A model generated the notes under the pieces. It was not told where the DNA came from and searched no databases. It saw only the letters and a program-made list of their open reading frames with translations. The position numbers were made by a program, and so were the translations under genes. A DNA stretch of 63,762 nucleotides, the filler included. It is 4 parts of 4 records of this genome, joined end to end, with 100 filler letters (N's around TTAATTAATTAA, not from the genome) between each part and the next. Parts side by side here need not be neighbours in the genome. Positions count along the whole stretch, not along the records: positions 21,448 to 42,707 come from DRR378314_636; 3 more parts are not named here. One strand, given 5' to 3'. This document shows positions 28,874 through 37,665 of the stretch, in pieces. Positions within the stretch are counted from its first letter, which is position 1, and every line of letters begins with the position of its first letter.

Positions 28874-29509
28874 ATGGAACAGCAAAAAATTTTCCTCTTA
28901 TGTGCCCTGTTTGCCCTCTTCCTGAAGGCATGGGGACAAGGGGATACCGAACAAAAAATGGTGATTATTGTGGATCCCGGACATGGCGGGATCGATCCAG
29001 GTGCCATTGGGATCAATGGCCTCAGCGAAAAAGAGCTGAGCCTGAATTTGGCCGAGGCCATTTTACGGTACAATAAGATCGTATTGGACAATCCTTATGA
29101 TATGTATCTCACACGATATTCAGACACCCTGATATCCTTGGGCCATCGCACCCGACTGGCCAAAGCCTTGAAACCGGACCTTTTTATTTCCCTGCACTGC
29201 AACCATGCCGATAATCCCAAGGCATCGGGACTGGAAATCTACCTATATAACAGACCGATTCCCCAAAGTCATATCACCATGGCAAAAGCTATGGAAACCT
29301 ACCTACAACAGCAGCTGGGCTATCGCAGCCGTGGGCTAAAGCGGGCCAACTTTCAAGTATTGCGCGACAATCGAGAGGTATGCCCCGCCCTACTGTTGGA
29401 ACTGGGCTTCTTGTCCCATACGGACGAGTCACGGCACTTGGAACGGAAGGAAAGCATCAATGCCTTGGGATTGGCCATCTTAATGGGAATCAAAAAGATA
29501 CTGGAATGA
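28874..29509 (+). CDS. N-acetylmuramoyl-L-alanine amidase (Amidase_3)
   Basis: Signal peptide; IVDPGHGGIDPGA, EKE, FISLHCN, LLELGFLS. Confidence 0.93.
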   Translation: MEQQKIFLLCALFALFLKAWGQGDTEQKMVIIVDPGHGGIDPGAIGINGLSEKELSLNLAEAILRYNKIVLDNPYDMYLTRYSDTLISLGHRTRLAKALKPDLFISLHCNHADNPKASGLEIYLYNRPIPQSHITMAKAMETYLQQQLGYRSRGLKRANFQVLRDNREVCPALLLELGFLSHTDESRHLERKESINALGLAILMGIKKILE

Positions 29510-29607
29510 AAAAGTTATTTGCAAGCCTGTTCAGGGTAATCAAAAAAATAACGGTCGAAGTAGCTAGGGAACTGTGGGATGTTTTTAAACATCTTCCCAA
29601 AGTTTAA
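29506..29607 (+). CDS. 33-aa cationic amphipathic peptide
   Basis: MKKLFASLFRVIKKITVEVARELWDVFKHLPKV; ATG overlaps the amidase stop (ATGA). Confidence 0.55.
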   Translation: MKKLFASLFRVIKKITVEVARELWDVFKHLPKV

Positions 29608-29685
29608 AAAGCATCTGTTTTTTTATGTAATTTTCGCCAATTGACATCACACAGGCAAAGTGTCAATTCATCAATCGTATTTGAA

Positions 29686-30363
29686 ATGTTATACCTAACA
29701 CCGACAAAAAAAGGAATAGGGGCCGAAATTTGGGGCACCTATGAGGACCTGGATGTTTTATATGATGTGATCGGCAAGTTTTGGAACCATGAGCAATACC
29801 AAAATGCAAGGGGATTTGAGAACAGGGACAAGCTCATCAGCGGGTTTTCCTACGAGATCAGGAAGGCTAAGGAGGACAGCAGGGACCAAAGGGAGTCCAG
29901 CCATTTTTCTCCGGAACGGGCCACCCATTATGGCACCAAGATCTCTTGGATCCACTTGCTGTTTTCGCTATCGGCCATCAAGTACAACATGCAATTTTAT
30001 CCTACGGACAAGTTAGCTATTTCCATGCTGCTGCAACTAGAATTTTGGTTGGAAAGGGCCATGAACGAGTTTGATGGGGTCGGGGCCAAAAATTTGGTGG
30101 GCTTTATCGAGAATGGTCTGGATGGTGCCAATGAGTTCAGCTATCAGTACATGAAGGGCATCCATATAGATTATGTAAAGCTTGGCGGAGGGAAAAGGGC
30201 TTTTGGAAAACTTCCAGAGCTTCTCAAGCGCGGTGTTTTCTTTACTGAAGAATACAGGGAATATCGTGATTTTCTGGAAAAGGAGGCCAAACGGCTACAA
30301 TGCAACATATCGGACTTGGAGATGGATGACGACCATATCGATTACGAACATTTACAATGGTAA
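29686..30363 (+). CDS. hypothetical protein (resembles DUF6904; family unverified)
   Basis: Likely start MLYLTPTKKGIGAEIWGTYEDL; long uninterrupted ORF with globular composition. Confidence 0.6.
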   Translation: MLYLTPTKKGIGAEIWGTYEDLDVLYDVIGKFWNHEQYQNARGFENRDKLISGFSYEIRKAKEDSRDQRESSHFSPERATHYGTKISWIHLLFSLSAIKYNMQFYPTDKLAISMLLQLEFWLERAMNEFDGVGAKNLVGFIENGLDGANEFSYQYMKGIHIDYVKLGGGKRAFGKLPELLKRGVFFTEEYREYRDFLEKEAKRLQCNISDLEMDDDHIDYEHLQW

Positions 30364-30376
30364 AAAGATAGACCGA

Positions 30377-31501
30377 TCATATAGGGATTTGACACCAGAG
30401 CAGCGGGTGTTCACTGGCGGCATCCCGTTCACTTTTGATGCTTTCGAGCTTATCCCATTGCGGGCGTTCCTTGAACCACATCCCTTTTCTGACCAAACCG
30501 CATTTTTCAACCCCATCAAAAAGACCTTCGGACAACATGAGGTAATCGCGTTGTTTGGTGTTCACCCCCATTTTATAGGCACCCAAGCTAAAGTAGCCAG
30601 CATCCTTACCTTTGTCCAGATTTCCCATAAAACTGGGATGTCGCGTAATGTCGGTAAGCCCACTGTCCTTGATCAAGGGGGAAATGGCGCTGCCATAGGC
30701 CGGGGCATTAAGGGTGCCCACCAGTATCGTTCCCATATCGGTACACTCCCCTTGGGCCAGCATTTCTGCAATATGTTTGGATTGTTCCCATTGGCGTTCT
30801 TTAAGCACTTCCCCGCCTGCTGCACGATCTGGAAAATGGGTACAAAGAACGGTAAAGGTCCTGCCAGAAGCCGTTCTGAGCCTATACTCCTGTAAATCCG
30901 TATCAAATATGGGCCTTTCCGAAGCATCAAGTTCATTGGCCCTGGTTCGTATCGAAACCAAATCGATCCCTGCTTTGGCCAAGAGCCCCATACCCCCTCC
31001 GAAAGGGTCATTGGTTCCCATAAAGACAACTTCCCGATAGGGAGCGGTAGCTGCGGAACCCAGGAAATGTCGGTTGAATTCCACTAGGGAGGCACGGCTT
31101 TCTACCTCCGATACCACCAAGATATCCGGGTCCATCGCTTGAATGACCTTGGCCTTGTTCCCAATGGCCCGCTCATCTATGGGCAAAGAGTCGACTTTGG
31201 CCCAACCCTCCCAATCGGTCAAATGGCTTGCCCTAGGTTTATCCATTTCCAGCCTTCTTGAGACCAATAATTGGCCCATGGCATTTCGTAGGGTGTAATG
31301 TGTTGAAAAACCTTGGTCATCAAATCCCAGAAAATGGGAAAGTATGCCCATGCGGTCGAGGTCTTTCTGCGAACGTTGGCCTTGAAGCAATAGCCGCTCA
31401 AATTCCGTTATCCAACGGTCCCTGTTTTCCGCACGGAACCGATGGACCAGATCAATGGGACGGTGAAAGATGTTCTGTAGGTTGTAAAAGGCGATTTTCA
31501 T
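30377..31501 (-). CDS. endonuclease/exonuclease/phosphatase (EEP) family protein
   Basis: MKIAFYNLQN, 'DPDILVVSEVE', THF, 'GTLNA', 'RDY', 'SEHP'. Confidence 0.8.
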   Translation of the reverse strand: MKIAFYNLQNIFHRPIDLVHRFRAENRDRWITEFERLLLQGQRSQKDLDRMGILSHFLGFDDQGFSTHYTLRNAMGQLLVSRRLEMDKPRASHLTDWEGWAKVDSLPIDERAIGNKAKVIQAMDPDILVVSEVESRASLVEFNRHFLGSAATAPYREVVFMGTNDPFGGGMGLLAKAGIDLVSIRTRANELDASERPIFDTDLQEYRLRTASGRTFTVLCTHFPDRAAGGEVLKERQWEQSKHIAEMLAQGECTDMGTILVGTLNAPAYGSAISPLIKDSGLTDITRHPSFMGNLDKGKDAGYFSLGAYKMGVNTKQRDYLMLSEGLFDGVEKCGLVRKGMWFKERPQWDKLESIKSERDAASEHPLLWCQIPI

Positions 31502-31785
31502 GATCGGTCGTTTAACATAAAGTTTTTGTTGTCCATCAAAATCCGATGGATCTCCTCCTCATCATAATAGATGACCCCTCCAAGCTTTGTATAGGGTATG
31601 GTCCCATTGATGCGCAGGTTCCGGAGGGTCCCGGGGCTGATCTCCAATTTCCCCATGACACTGTTGGACTTGATCCATCGATCCAGGGTGATACGGTTAT
31701 GTTGTAACAGGATATCCTTGATCTCTTGCAGAAGGGATGCCTTGAACCCTTCCAGATCCTCTTGCGTTACGATATGTGCTGGCAT
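31498..31785 (-). CDS. HTH_17 excisionase-like DNA-binding protein
   Basis: 'WIKSNSVMGKLEISPGTLRNLRINGTIPYTKLGGVIYY'; stop overlaps the EEP start. Confidence 0.88.
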   Translation of the reverse strand: MPAHIVTQEDLEGFKASLLQEIKDILLQHNRITLDRWIKSNSVMGKLEISPGTLRNLRINGTIPYTKLGGVIYYDEEEIHRILMDNKNFMLNDRS

Positions 31786-32052
31786 AACTATAGGTTTTTG
31801 TTAGACCCCAAATATGAAATAAGAGCCACAATTAAATTCACAAGTTGTGCCCAACTTGGGTCAAACTTTAACATAAATACCCCCTTTATCCGATATTTTG
31901 TACGATTTATAGTTACACTATTGTAGTAATTCAACTATATTTTATATTTAAAATCCTAGTTCCCTTCCCTTGAGATGTACCGTACCTATGTTCATTTGTC
32001 CCACAAGGTCCATGACGAGGGAGTTTGAGGGTACGTTTACCATAGGTCCAAT

Positions 32053-33078
32053 ATGAAAGAGATGTGGTTTGGAATACTATTGACAATATTGCCCTTGGCC
32101 CCTGTATCCCTGATATCGAAGCGGGCTGGGTCTTTGCCAGCACATTACAGGGAAAGAACGGATCGTTCACGCCTTAAACGGATAAATGATAGTTTTGCCC
32201 CATACAGGACCACCTGTTACCCGCTGCTCCCATGGAGAACAGCAACACCGCACCCAGGGCACGACATGGGAACCAAGGCTAATCCCAAGCCCTTTCCCAC
32301 CTATCCCTATGCCACCCCGTCCAGATGTCAAAATGCAGCATTGCGCATTGCCATCCCCGTAAAGGCAGCCATTCAGGAAAGGCATTTCAACCGTCCGAAT
32401 ATACCATTGGATAGGGTCAGGCCACTTGATGTAACCTATACTTCGGTACAGTTCCATCAGCTGATGGAATCGGATACGGTTTCGGGCAGAGCTGCGGCGC
32501 TTAGCGATACGGAAGCGCTCACAGCTGAAATTTTGGCTCGGGAAGATACCATCAAGGCTCAATTGGTCCTGGCCACCTTACTAGTAGCTTTATTGGCATT
32601 CTTCTATGTCAAATACCGTAAGATGCAAAGCAGACTGAACATCGTGCTTCAGGAAGGTGTGGAACCCACAATAAGCAAAGTACCCAATGCAAATATCATC
32701 CCCATGGACATAGCGCCGGAAGTCGTACAACGGATCCTTTTGGCATTGGACCAATGGGAAAGCCAAAAAGGATATCTCGATCAGGGAACCAGTCTAGGCA
32801 CCTTGGCCACCCTACACGGGACCAATACGAGCTACCTCTCGAAGATCATCAACGTTTATAAGGGACAAACATTCTCACAATACCTGAGGGATCTTCGAAT
32901 CACCCATGCCATCAACCAAATCAAGGAACAGCCCGAGCTTTTAAGGACCCACTCCACGATCCAACTGGCGGAACAATTTGGTTTCAATTCGGTCGATGTC
33001 TTTGCCAGGGCCATGAAATCCAAGATCGGGCTGACCCCTGGTCTGTTCTTTCGAAAAGTTCGCCAAAAACATCGCTAA
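32053..33078 (+). CDS. membrane-anchored AraC-family regulator
   Basis: N-terminal hydrophobic segment, internal TM 'LVLATLLVALLAFFYV', C-terminal 'TNTSYLSKIIN...FSQYLRDLRI...LAEQFGFNS...GLTP'. Confidence 0.8.
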   Translation: MKEMWFGILLTILPLAPVSLISKRAGSLPAHYRERTDRSRLKRINDSFAPYRTTCYPLLPWRTATPHPGHDMGTKANPKPFPTYPYATPSRCQNAALRIAIPVKAAIQERHFNRPNIPLDRVRPLDVTYTSVQFHQLMESDTVSGRAAALSDTEALTAEILAREDTIKAQLVLATLLVALLAFFYVKYRKMQSRLNIVLQEGVEPTISKVPNANIIPMDIAPEVVQRILLALDQWESQKGYLDQGTSLGTLATLHGTNTSYLSKIINVYKGQTFSQYLRDLRITHAINQIKEQPELLRTHSTIQLAEQFGFNSVDVFARAMKSKIGLTPGLFFRKVRQKHR

Positions 33079-33135
33079 CAACAATGAAGTAGATTGGACA
33101 CCCCTTCCTCCAAACTTTTCCATGCACAAAACACC

Positions 33136-33948
33136 TTATGCGTTCCCTTTGTCCATATGGGCCTTAAGGGTGTAGGCCATCCCATCCAGGAAGCGGGTCC
33201 TATCCTTTTTCCGGGCACAGATTTCGGTATAGGTTCGGTAACAGTCCCCCAACTCACAATTAAATGCCGATGATAAGGTCTGGGCAATTTCCTTGACCTC
33301 GGCCTTTCCCCCATTGATGGCCCCGGTATGGTGGAGGGCATAGACCAATTCCGTGAGGGCCGCCTTGGTGGAGGACCATTGGAGCCTTGGACGGAACGTC
33401 CCAGAACCCTGTGTATTCCGTCTATCCCTAAGATAGCCAATGGCCCTCCGATAGGCGCGTAATTGCCCCAAGAGCATATCATGGGAGGTCGTAAAGATGG
33501 GGTCCATGGCGATATGGTGGGCATACGTTGGATTGAGCGCATCCTTTTTCTTTCGGGTAAAATACTGCGGATCCCAGTGGGTATGTCCCAATTGTATATA
33601 CTTCCAGAACTGTGCATGCCCCGATAAAAAGGTAGACCATAGCTTCCGTTTTGTCTTGATCCATTGCCTTCGGGCCTTTTTACCGCATACAGGGATTTTA
33701 AGCTCCAAATCCAGGAGTTCCGAATAGTAGATCAGATGCACCAAAGGCACTTGTTTGGTATGCTTAAAAAAATGGATTTCCTCCGCCTCGTCCACAAATC
33801 CCTTGTGCACCACATGATCTCTGAGCTCCCAGAGCCGGGAGCGACATAAGTCAGTGATTTTTTTGGCGGCCTCAATAACGTTGGGCACTTGGGCCTCGAT
33901 TTCCTGTATCTCGGTCTCAAGGGCCGAAGATGTCAACGAATGGTTCAT
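33136..33948 (-). CDS. rteC: RteC domain protein
   Basis: 'EEIHFFKHTK', 'LQWSSTKAALTELVYALH..GAINGG', 'ARKKDRTRFLD'. Start uncertain (33948 or 33969). Confidence 0.85.
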   Translation of the reverse strand: MNHSLTSSALETEIQEIEAQVPNVIEAAKKITDLCRSRLWELRDHVVHKGFVDEAEEIHFFKHTKQVPLVHLIYYSELLDLELKIPVCGKKARRQWIKTKRKLWSTFLSGHAQFWKYIQLGHTHWDPQYFTRKKKDALNPTYAHHIAMDPIFTTSHDMLLGQLRAYRRAIGYLRDRRNTQGSGTFRPRLQWSSTKAALTELVYALHHTGAINGGKAEVKEIAQTLSSAFNCELGDCYRTYTEICARKKDRTRFLDGMAYTLKAHMDKGNA

Positions 33949-34306
33949 ATCCAAAAAATTTATGTACATCGGCAGGCAAGTGTCACGGATTTGGATATTG
34001 GGACAATCGATCGGGAACCCATCCAATATGGCCCATAATGTCTAGGCTACAAAAAATAAGTAACGGCACTTTATAAAAGCAGGTATTTTACCCAACTATT
34101 CCATTCCAACAAAAACATCTCCTGGTCAAGCGAAACCAAAGGTCAGCGATACCCTAAAAACCACTGCAACAGCAAGGGAAGCATTTTATAAATCGCAGCC
34201 CACAATGCCAAAAACAGCCCATACCTCTAGGCTAACGCTCCCCCCCCTACCATACCCCTTGTCCGACATAGCTTCTGGAAAAACGCTGCAAATAGTCGGA
34301 TTTTGA

Positions 34307-34348
34307 CATCCGATTCCCGAATTATGCCATTGTATCCATCCGATTCCC
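34307..34348 (+). promoter_or_regulatory. 12-bp direct repeat upstream of the MauE gene
   Basis: CATCCGATTCCC at 34307-34318 and 34337-34348 (30-bp period). Confidence 0.55.
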
Positions 34349-34431
34349 TACCTAGTTTAGTGTTTAAGTGGCACACAAAAGACAGAAAGTCCCAATAAGC
34401 ACATCAAAAAACCACACATTATCCAATAACG

Positions 34432-34872
34432 ATGAAATCAGTATCCATACAAAAGAAAACTATAATAGGTACCATCTCCATCCTATTCCTTGTGCTGTTT
34501 GTCTACACGGCCAGCAGCAAATTGTTGAACCTTGGACTTTTTGAACTGCGGTTGGGCCGTATGCCCTATATCGCGCCATATGCCAGTCTTTTGAGTTGGA
34601 GTGTACCCTTAATGGAATTGGTGATCGCTGGACTATTGTTGACTCCCAAATTACGGATAATAGGCCTGTATGCCAGTGGCATCCTATTGACTTTATTCAC
34701 CATCTATATTATTGCCGTTTTGCAATTCAGCGATGACATCCCCTGTTCTTGTGGCGGTATCATTTCATCCCTTGGATGGACAGATCACATCATCTTGAAC
34801 AGCTTTTTAGTGGTACTTGCCTTACTGGGAATCCTTTGGTCCAAGAAACAATACAATATTCAAACCCATTAA
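34432..34872 (+). CDS. MauE/DoxX family redox-associated membrane protein
   Basis: Four TM helices, 'LFVYTASSKL', 'E', 'DIPCSCGGII', 'HIILN'. Confidence 0.88.
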   Translation: MKSVSIQKKTIIGTISILFLVLFVYTASSKLLNLGLFELRLGRMPYIAPYASLLSWSVPLMELVIAGLLLTPKLRIIGLYASGILLTLFTIYIIAVLQFSDDIPCSCGGIISSLGWTDHIILNSFLVVLALLGILWSKKQYNIQTH

Positions 34873-34943
34873 AATACTGTACAGTGACAGGGGAAGCCGA
34901 AAACCTAGAATAGAGTAGGCATTCACTTATAATACTTAACATT

Positions 34944-35189
34944 ATGAAAGCTAAATTTTTCAAATTGTTGTTACCGGCCTTCGCCATCTTGATGGCGGTG
35001 GGCTTGGCCTTTGCCACGGAAGAAAGTCCTGTGGTCCAACAAGGCTATTATTTCCATCCCATCAATGGATGGCAGTCCACCACGGTGGATGCAAATTGCC
35101 TTGATGGCAATCAAATCGCATGTACCGAAGATGGGAATCAATTGTATGAAGCCCCTTCATTCAGCAGTAGGGAACTTCGCAAGGACTAA
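34944..35189 (+). CDS. small secreted two-cysteine peptide (DUF6520-like)
   Basis: 81 aa; signal peptide ending AFA; mature part contains C-x7-C and DGNQ twice. Confidence 0.8.
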   Translation: MKAKFFKLLLPAFAILMAVGLAFATEESPVVQQGYYFHPINGWQSTTVDANCLDGNQIACTEDGNQLYEAPSFSSRELRKD

Positions 35190-35215
35190 TTCCGTTGCTC
35201 ATTGAGCATGTAATT

Positions 35216-35244
35216 AAAAGGTGCCTTTTGCAAGGCACCTTTTT
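35216..35244. terminator. bidirectional intrinsic terminator
   Basis: AAAAGGTGCCTT-TTGC-AAGGCACCTTTT between the convergent peptide and protease genes. Confidence 0.9.
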
Positions 35245-35314
35245 CCAACTAACTCAAATAAACGCCATAAAACAAAGTGTATACTTATGATTCACGGCTA
35301 ATCTTCAGAATGTA

Positions 35315-37627
35315 CTACCATAGAACTTCCATCTTTTTGAGGCATAGTTGCCAATGTCCCAAGGTAGGCGCGTCCTTGTTGCGTTTGATGCCTTTTTCAA
35401 TATCTCTTTTCAAATCCATCAATCGCTGCATCAATATTCCCTTCTCGTAATCTGTATAATCCGCTTGGGTTTCGATGGCATTGAATCCTTTTCTTTGCTT
35501 TTGTAGATTACTGACGGCTATATCAATATAGGTCATCTGGAGTTCCTGTCTCCTTCGGTTCACTTGGCCAAAATGCTTCCTCAGTTCGCTGAAAAGTCCA
35601 TCTTGGACCCGTATCAGATAGGCATCCACCAATCCTTTTTTTACCCATTTGGTTTCCATATGCTCCATTCGTTTCAATCGTGCGGCGCTAATCAATTCCG
35701 CAAGCAGGTACTGTTGGTGTTCGATGAGCTTGTCGGCATATCTGGTATAATTGATTTCCAAATGGAACTTGGGATCCGTCAACCACTGAGGGGCATCCAT
35801 GGCATTTTCCATCAGAAAATCCAAGGCTTCCATCTGTTTTTCCCAGGGTATCAATTCATAAGGGTCTCCGGGTCGATCTAAGGGTTGATGGTGTATGGTA
35901 TGCCCACCTACCATGGAAAGGACATGCCGCATATGATCGTACCATAGTTTTGCCGTCTTTGTATAGAGCCGTTCCAGACGTACATTGTCGGTATCACCTT
36001 CAACAACTTTGGGCAACAGGTCTATGACCCTTTCGATATTCTTCATGGCCAATTCGGTGCTCCGTACCGGATGGTTGGTTTCGGTCACTTCATCCACTTG
36101 GTCAGGCCCTCCCTTTTCCATTTTACCATAATTGAAACGGTACCAAGGTACCGTGTCCTGCCAACGGATCATTTCCTCGAGTTCGGCCGCTTGAGCTTCT
36201 GGGGTGGTCCCTTCCGGAAACTCCCGATACCCCCATTGGATCTGGTAGTGGTCGGCAGGTCCGACATGTTGCAATAAGAGGTCCGGAGGGATACTGTCCT
36301 CGGGCTGGGGAATATTGGTGCTCCTAGTATAGTTCATGGCACTGGGGGTATGACGCATTTTTCTTAGCCACAGGCTATCGTTCATTTTATCCCATGGATA
36401 GGCATGTTCCCCGAAATTACCGTCCATCAAGCCGAACACATGTCCTGCCTCATGGGAAGCCAATCGTTGATAAAGTGCCCCGACCAGCTCATCTGGAAAA
36501 GGGAATTGTTGTGCCCTTTTGTCCAATGGAGCCGCACGTATAAAATATTGCTCCGACATATCACGGACAGATGCTTCCAATAGGATATCACCGCGAAGGA
36601 TTTCCCCTGACCTCGAATCGGCCACAAACCGAATGGAACCGCCCAGTCGTTCATTTTCATAACTCCGCATGTCCCTCTTCGGTGTCCAGTACACGATATT
36701 GGAATGAATGCTATGGGCTTGCCATTCGTCCAAACTATCCAGTTCTTTCACGATCAGGGCATTCTTGAACCCAGCCGCTTCAAAGGCCGGCAACCATTGC
36801 TCTATACCTGCCTTTACATAAGGTCTCCATTTTTTTGGGATTTCAGGGGACAATAAAAGGGTAATGGGTTCGATTGGGACACTGAGCTTTTGATCCTTGA
36901 ACTTTTTCTCCAAGCGCCACCGAAGAATATTGCCCCGAACGTTCTGGAGCTCTCCATGAGGACCCGCATCGGCTTCATCACCAAAGAATCCCATCCGATA
37001 ATCGAACCGTCGCCCCATCATGGGTGCTTTCAGGGCACTAAATCCATAAAACAAGGGGACGGCCACCTTGGATTCATCTCTGACCATTCCCCGCCGAACC
37101 TTGATCAAGGTTTCCCTGTCCAGGTTCTTGGTGGCCAGGGCCAGGGATATCTGGGGAACGGACGGCCCAAAGTTCACCCCGAACCACTGGGGCCATTCAA
37201 TCTCCTGTCGCAACAAAAGGTCCGTGACCTTGACCACATGGTTCCCATCCCCACTGAATTCTTTTTCAATGGGGAGTATGGCCAGGATATTCTCCTTAAA
37301 GGGGTACTTTTCATGGAAGGTGATCGTGATGCCCGCCGTGGACTCAATGCTCTGCTGTTTGAACAGGATATTGTCCCCCTGCACCGACCAGGCCACCTGC
37401 ATAAAACTGCGATGCCTCCAATCATAGCATACAAATAGCATGGAATGGTCAAGTACTTCCTTGGGGATGTTCAGGTATACATCGTCCCCATGCATAAATG
37501 AGCTCAAAAAGGCTTTGGTTTCCACCGATTGGATGACATTGCCCAAGGAGTCGGTCTCTTGCGAGATTACCGTTGCCTCAGCCAATGAACCCCATAAAAG
37601 GAGCAACAAGAGCATATATTTTTTCAT
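35315..37627 (-). CDS. secreted zinc metalloprotease (EcxA-like / DUF5117-DUF4953 metzincin)
   Basis: Signal peptide; 'RRFDYRMGFF', 'PKKWRPYVKAGIEQW..AFEAAGF', HEAGHVFGLMD, Met-turn SAMNY. Confidence 0.88.
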   Translation of the reverse strand: MKKYMLLLLLLWGSLAEATVISQETDSLGNVIQSVETKAFLSSFMHGDDVYLNIPKEVLDHSMLFVCYDWRHRSFMQVAWSVQGDNILFKQQSIESTAGITITFHEKYPFKENILAILPIEKEFSGDGNHVVKVTDLLLRQEIEWPQWFGVNFGPSVPQISLALATKNLDRETLIKVRRGMVRDESKVAVPLFYGFSALKAPMMGRRFDYRMGFFGDEADAGPHGELQNVRGNILRWRLEKKFKDQKLSVPIEPITLLLSPEIPKKWRPYVKAGIEQWLPAFEAAGFKNALIVKELDSLDEWQAHSIHSNIVYWTPKRDMRSYENERLGGSIRFVADSRSGEILRGDILLEASVRDMSEQYFIRAAPLDKRAQQFPFPDELVGALYQRLASHEAGHVFGLMDGNFGEHAYPWDKMNDSLWLRKMRHTPSAMNYTRSTNIPQPEDSIPPDLLLQHVGPADHYQIQWGYREFPEGTTPEAQAAELEEMIRWQDTVPWYRFNYGKMEKGGPDQVDEVTETNHPVRSTELAMKNIERVIDLLPKVVEGDTDNVRLERLYTKTAKLWYDHMRHVLSMVGGHTIHHQPLDRPGDPYELIPWEKQMEALDFLMENAMDAPQWLTDPKFHLEINYTRYADKLIEHQQYLLAELISAARLKRMEHMETKWVKKGLVDAYLIRVQDGLFSELRKHFGQVNRRRQELQMTYIDIAVSNLQKQRKGFNAIETQADYTDYEKGILMQRLMDLKRDIEKGIKRNKDAPTLGHWQLCLKKMEVLW

Positions 37628-37665
37628 AACGGATTGTTTTAAAAAAAGTGTAAATCATAGCAGTC

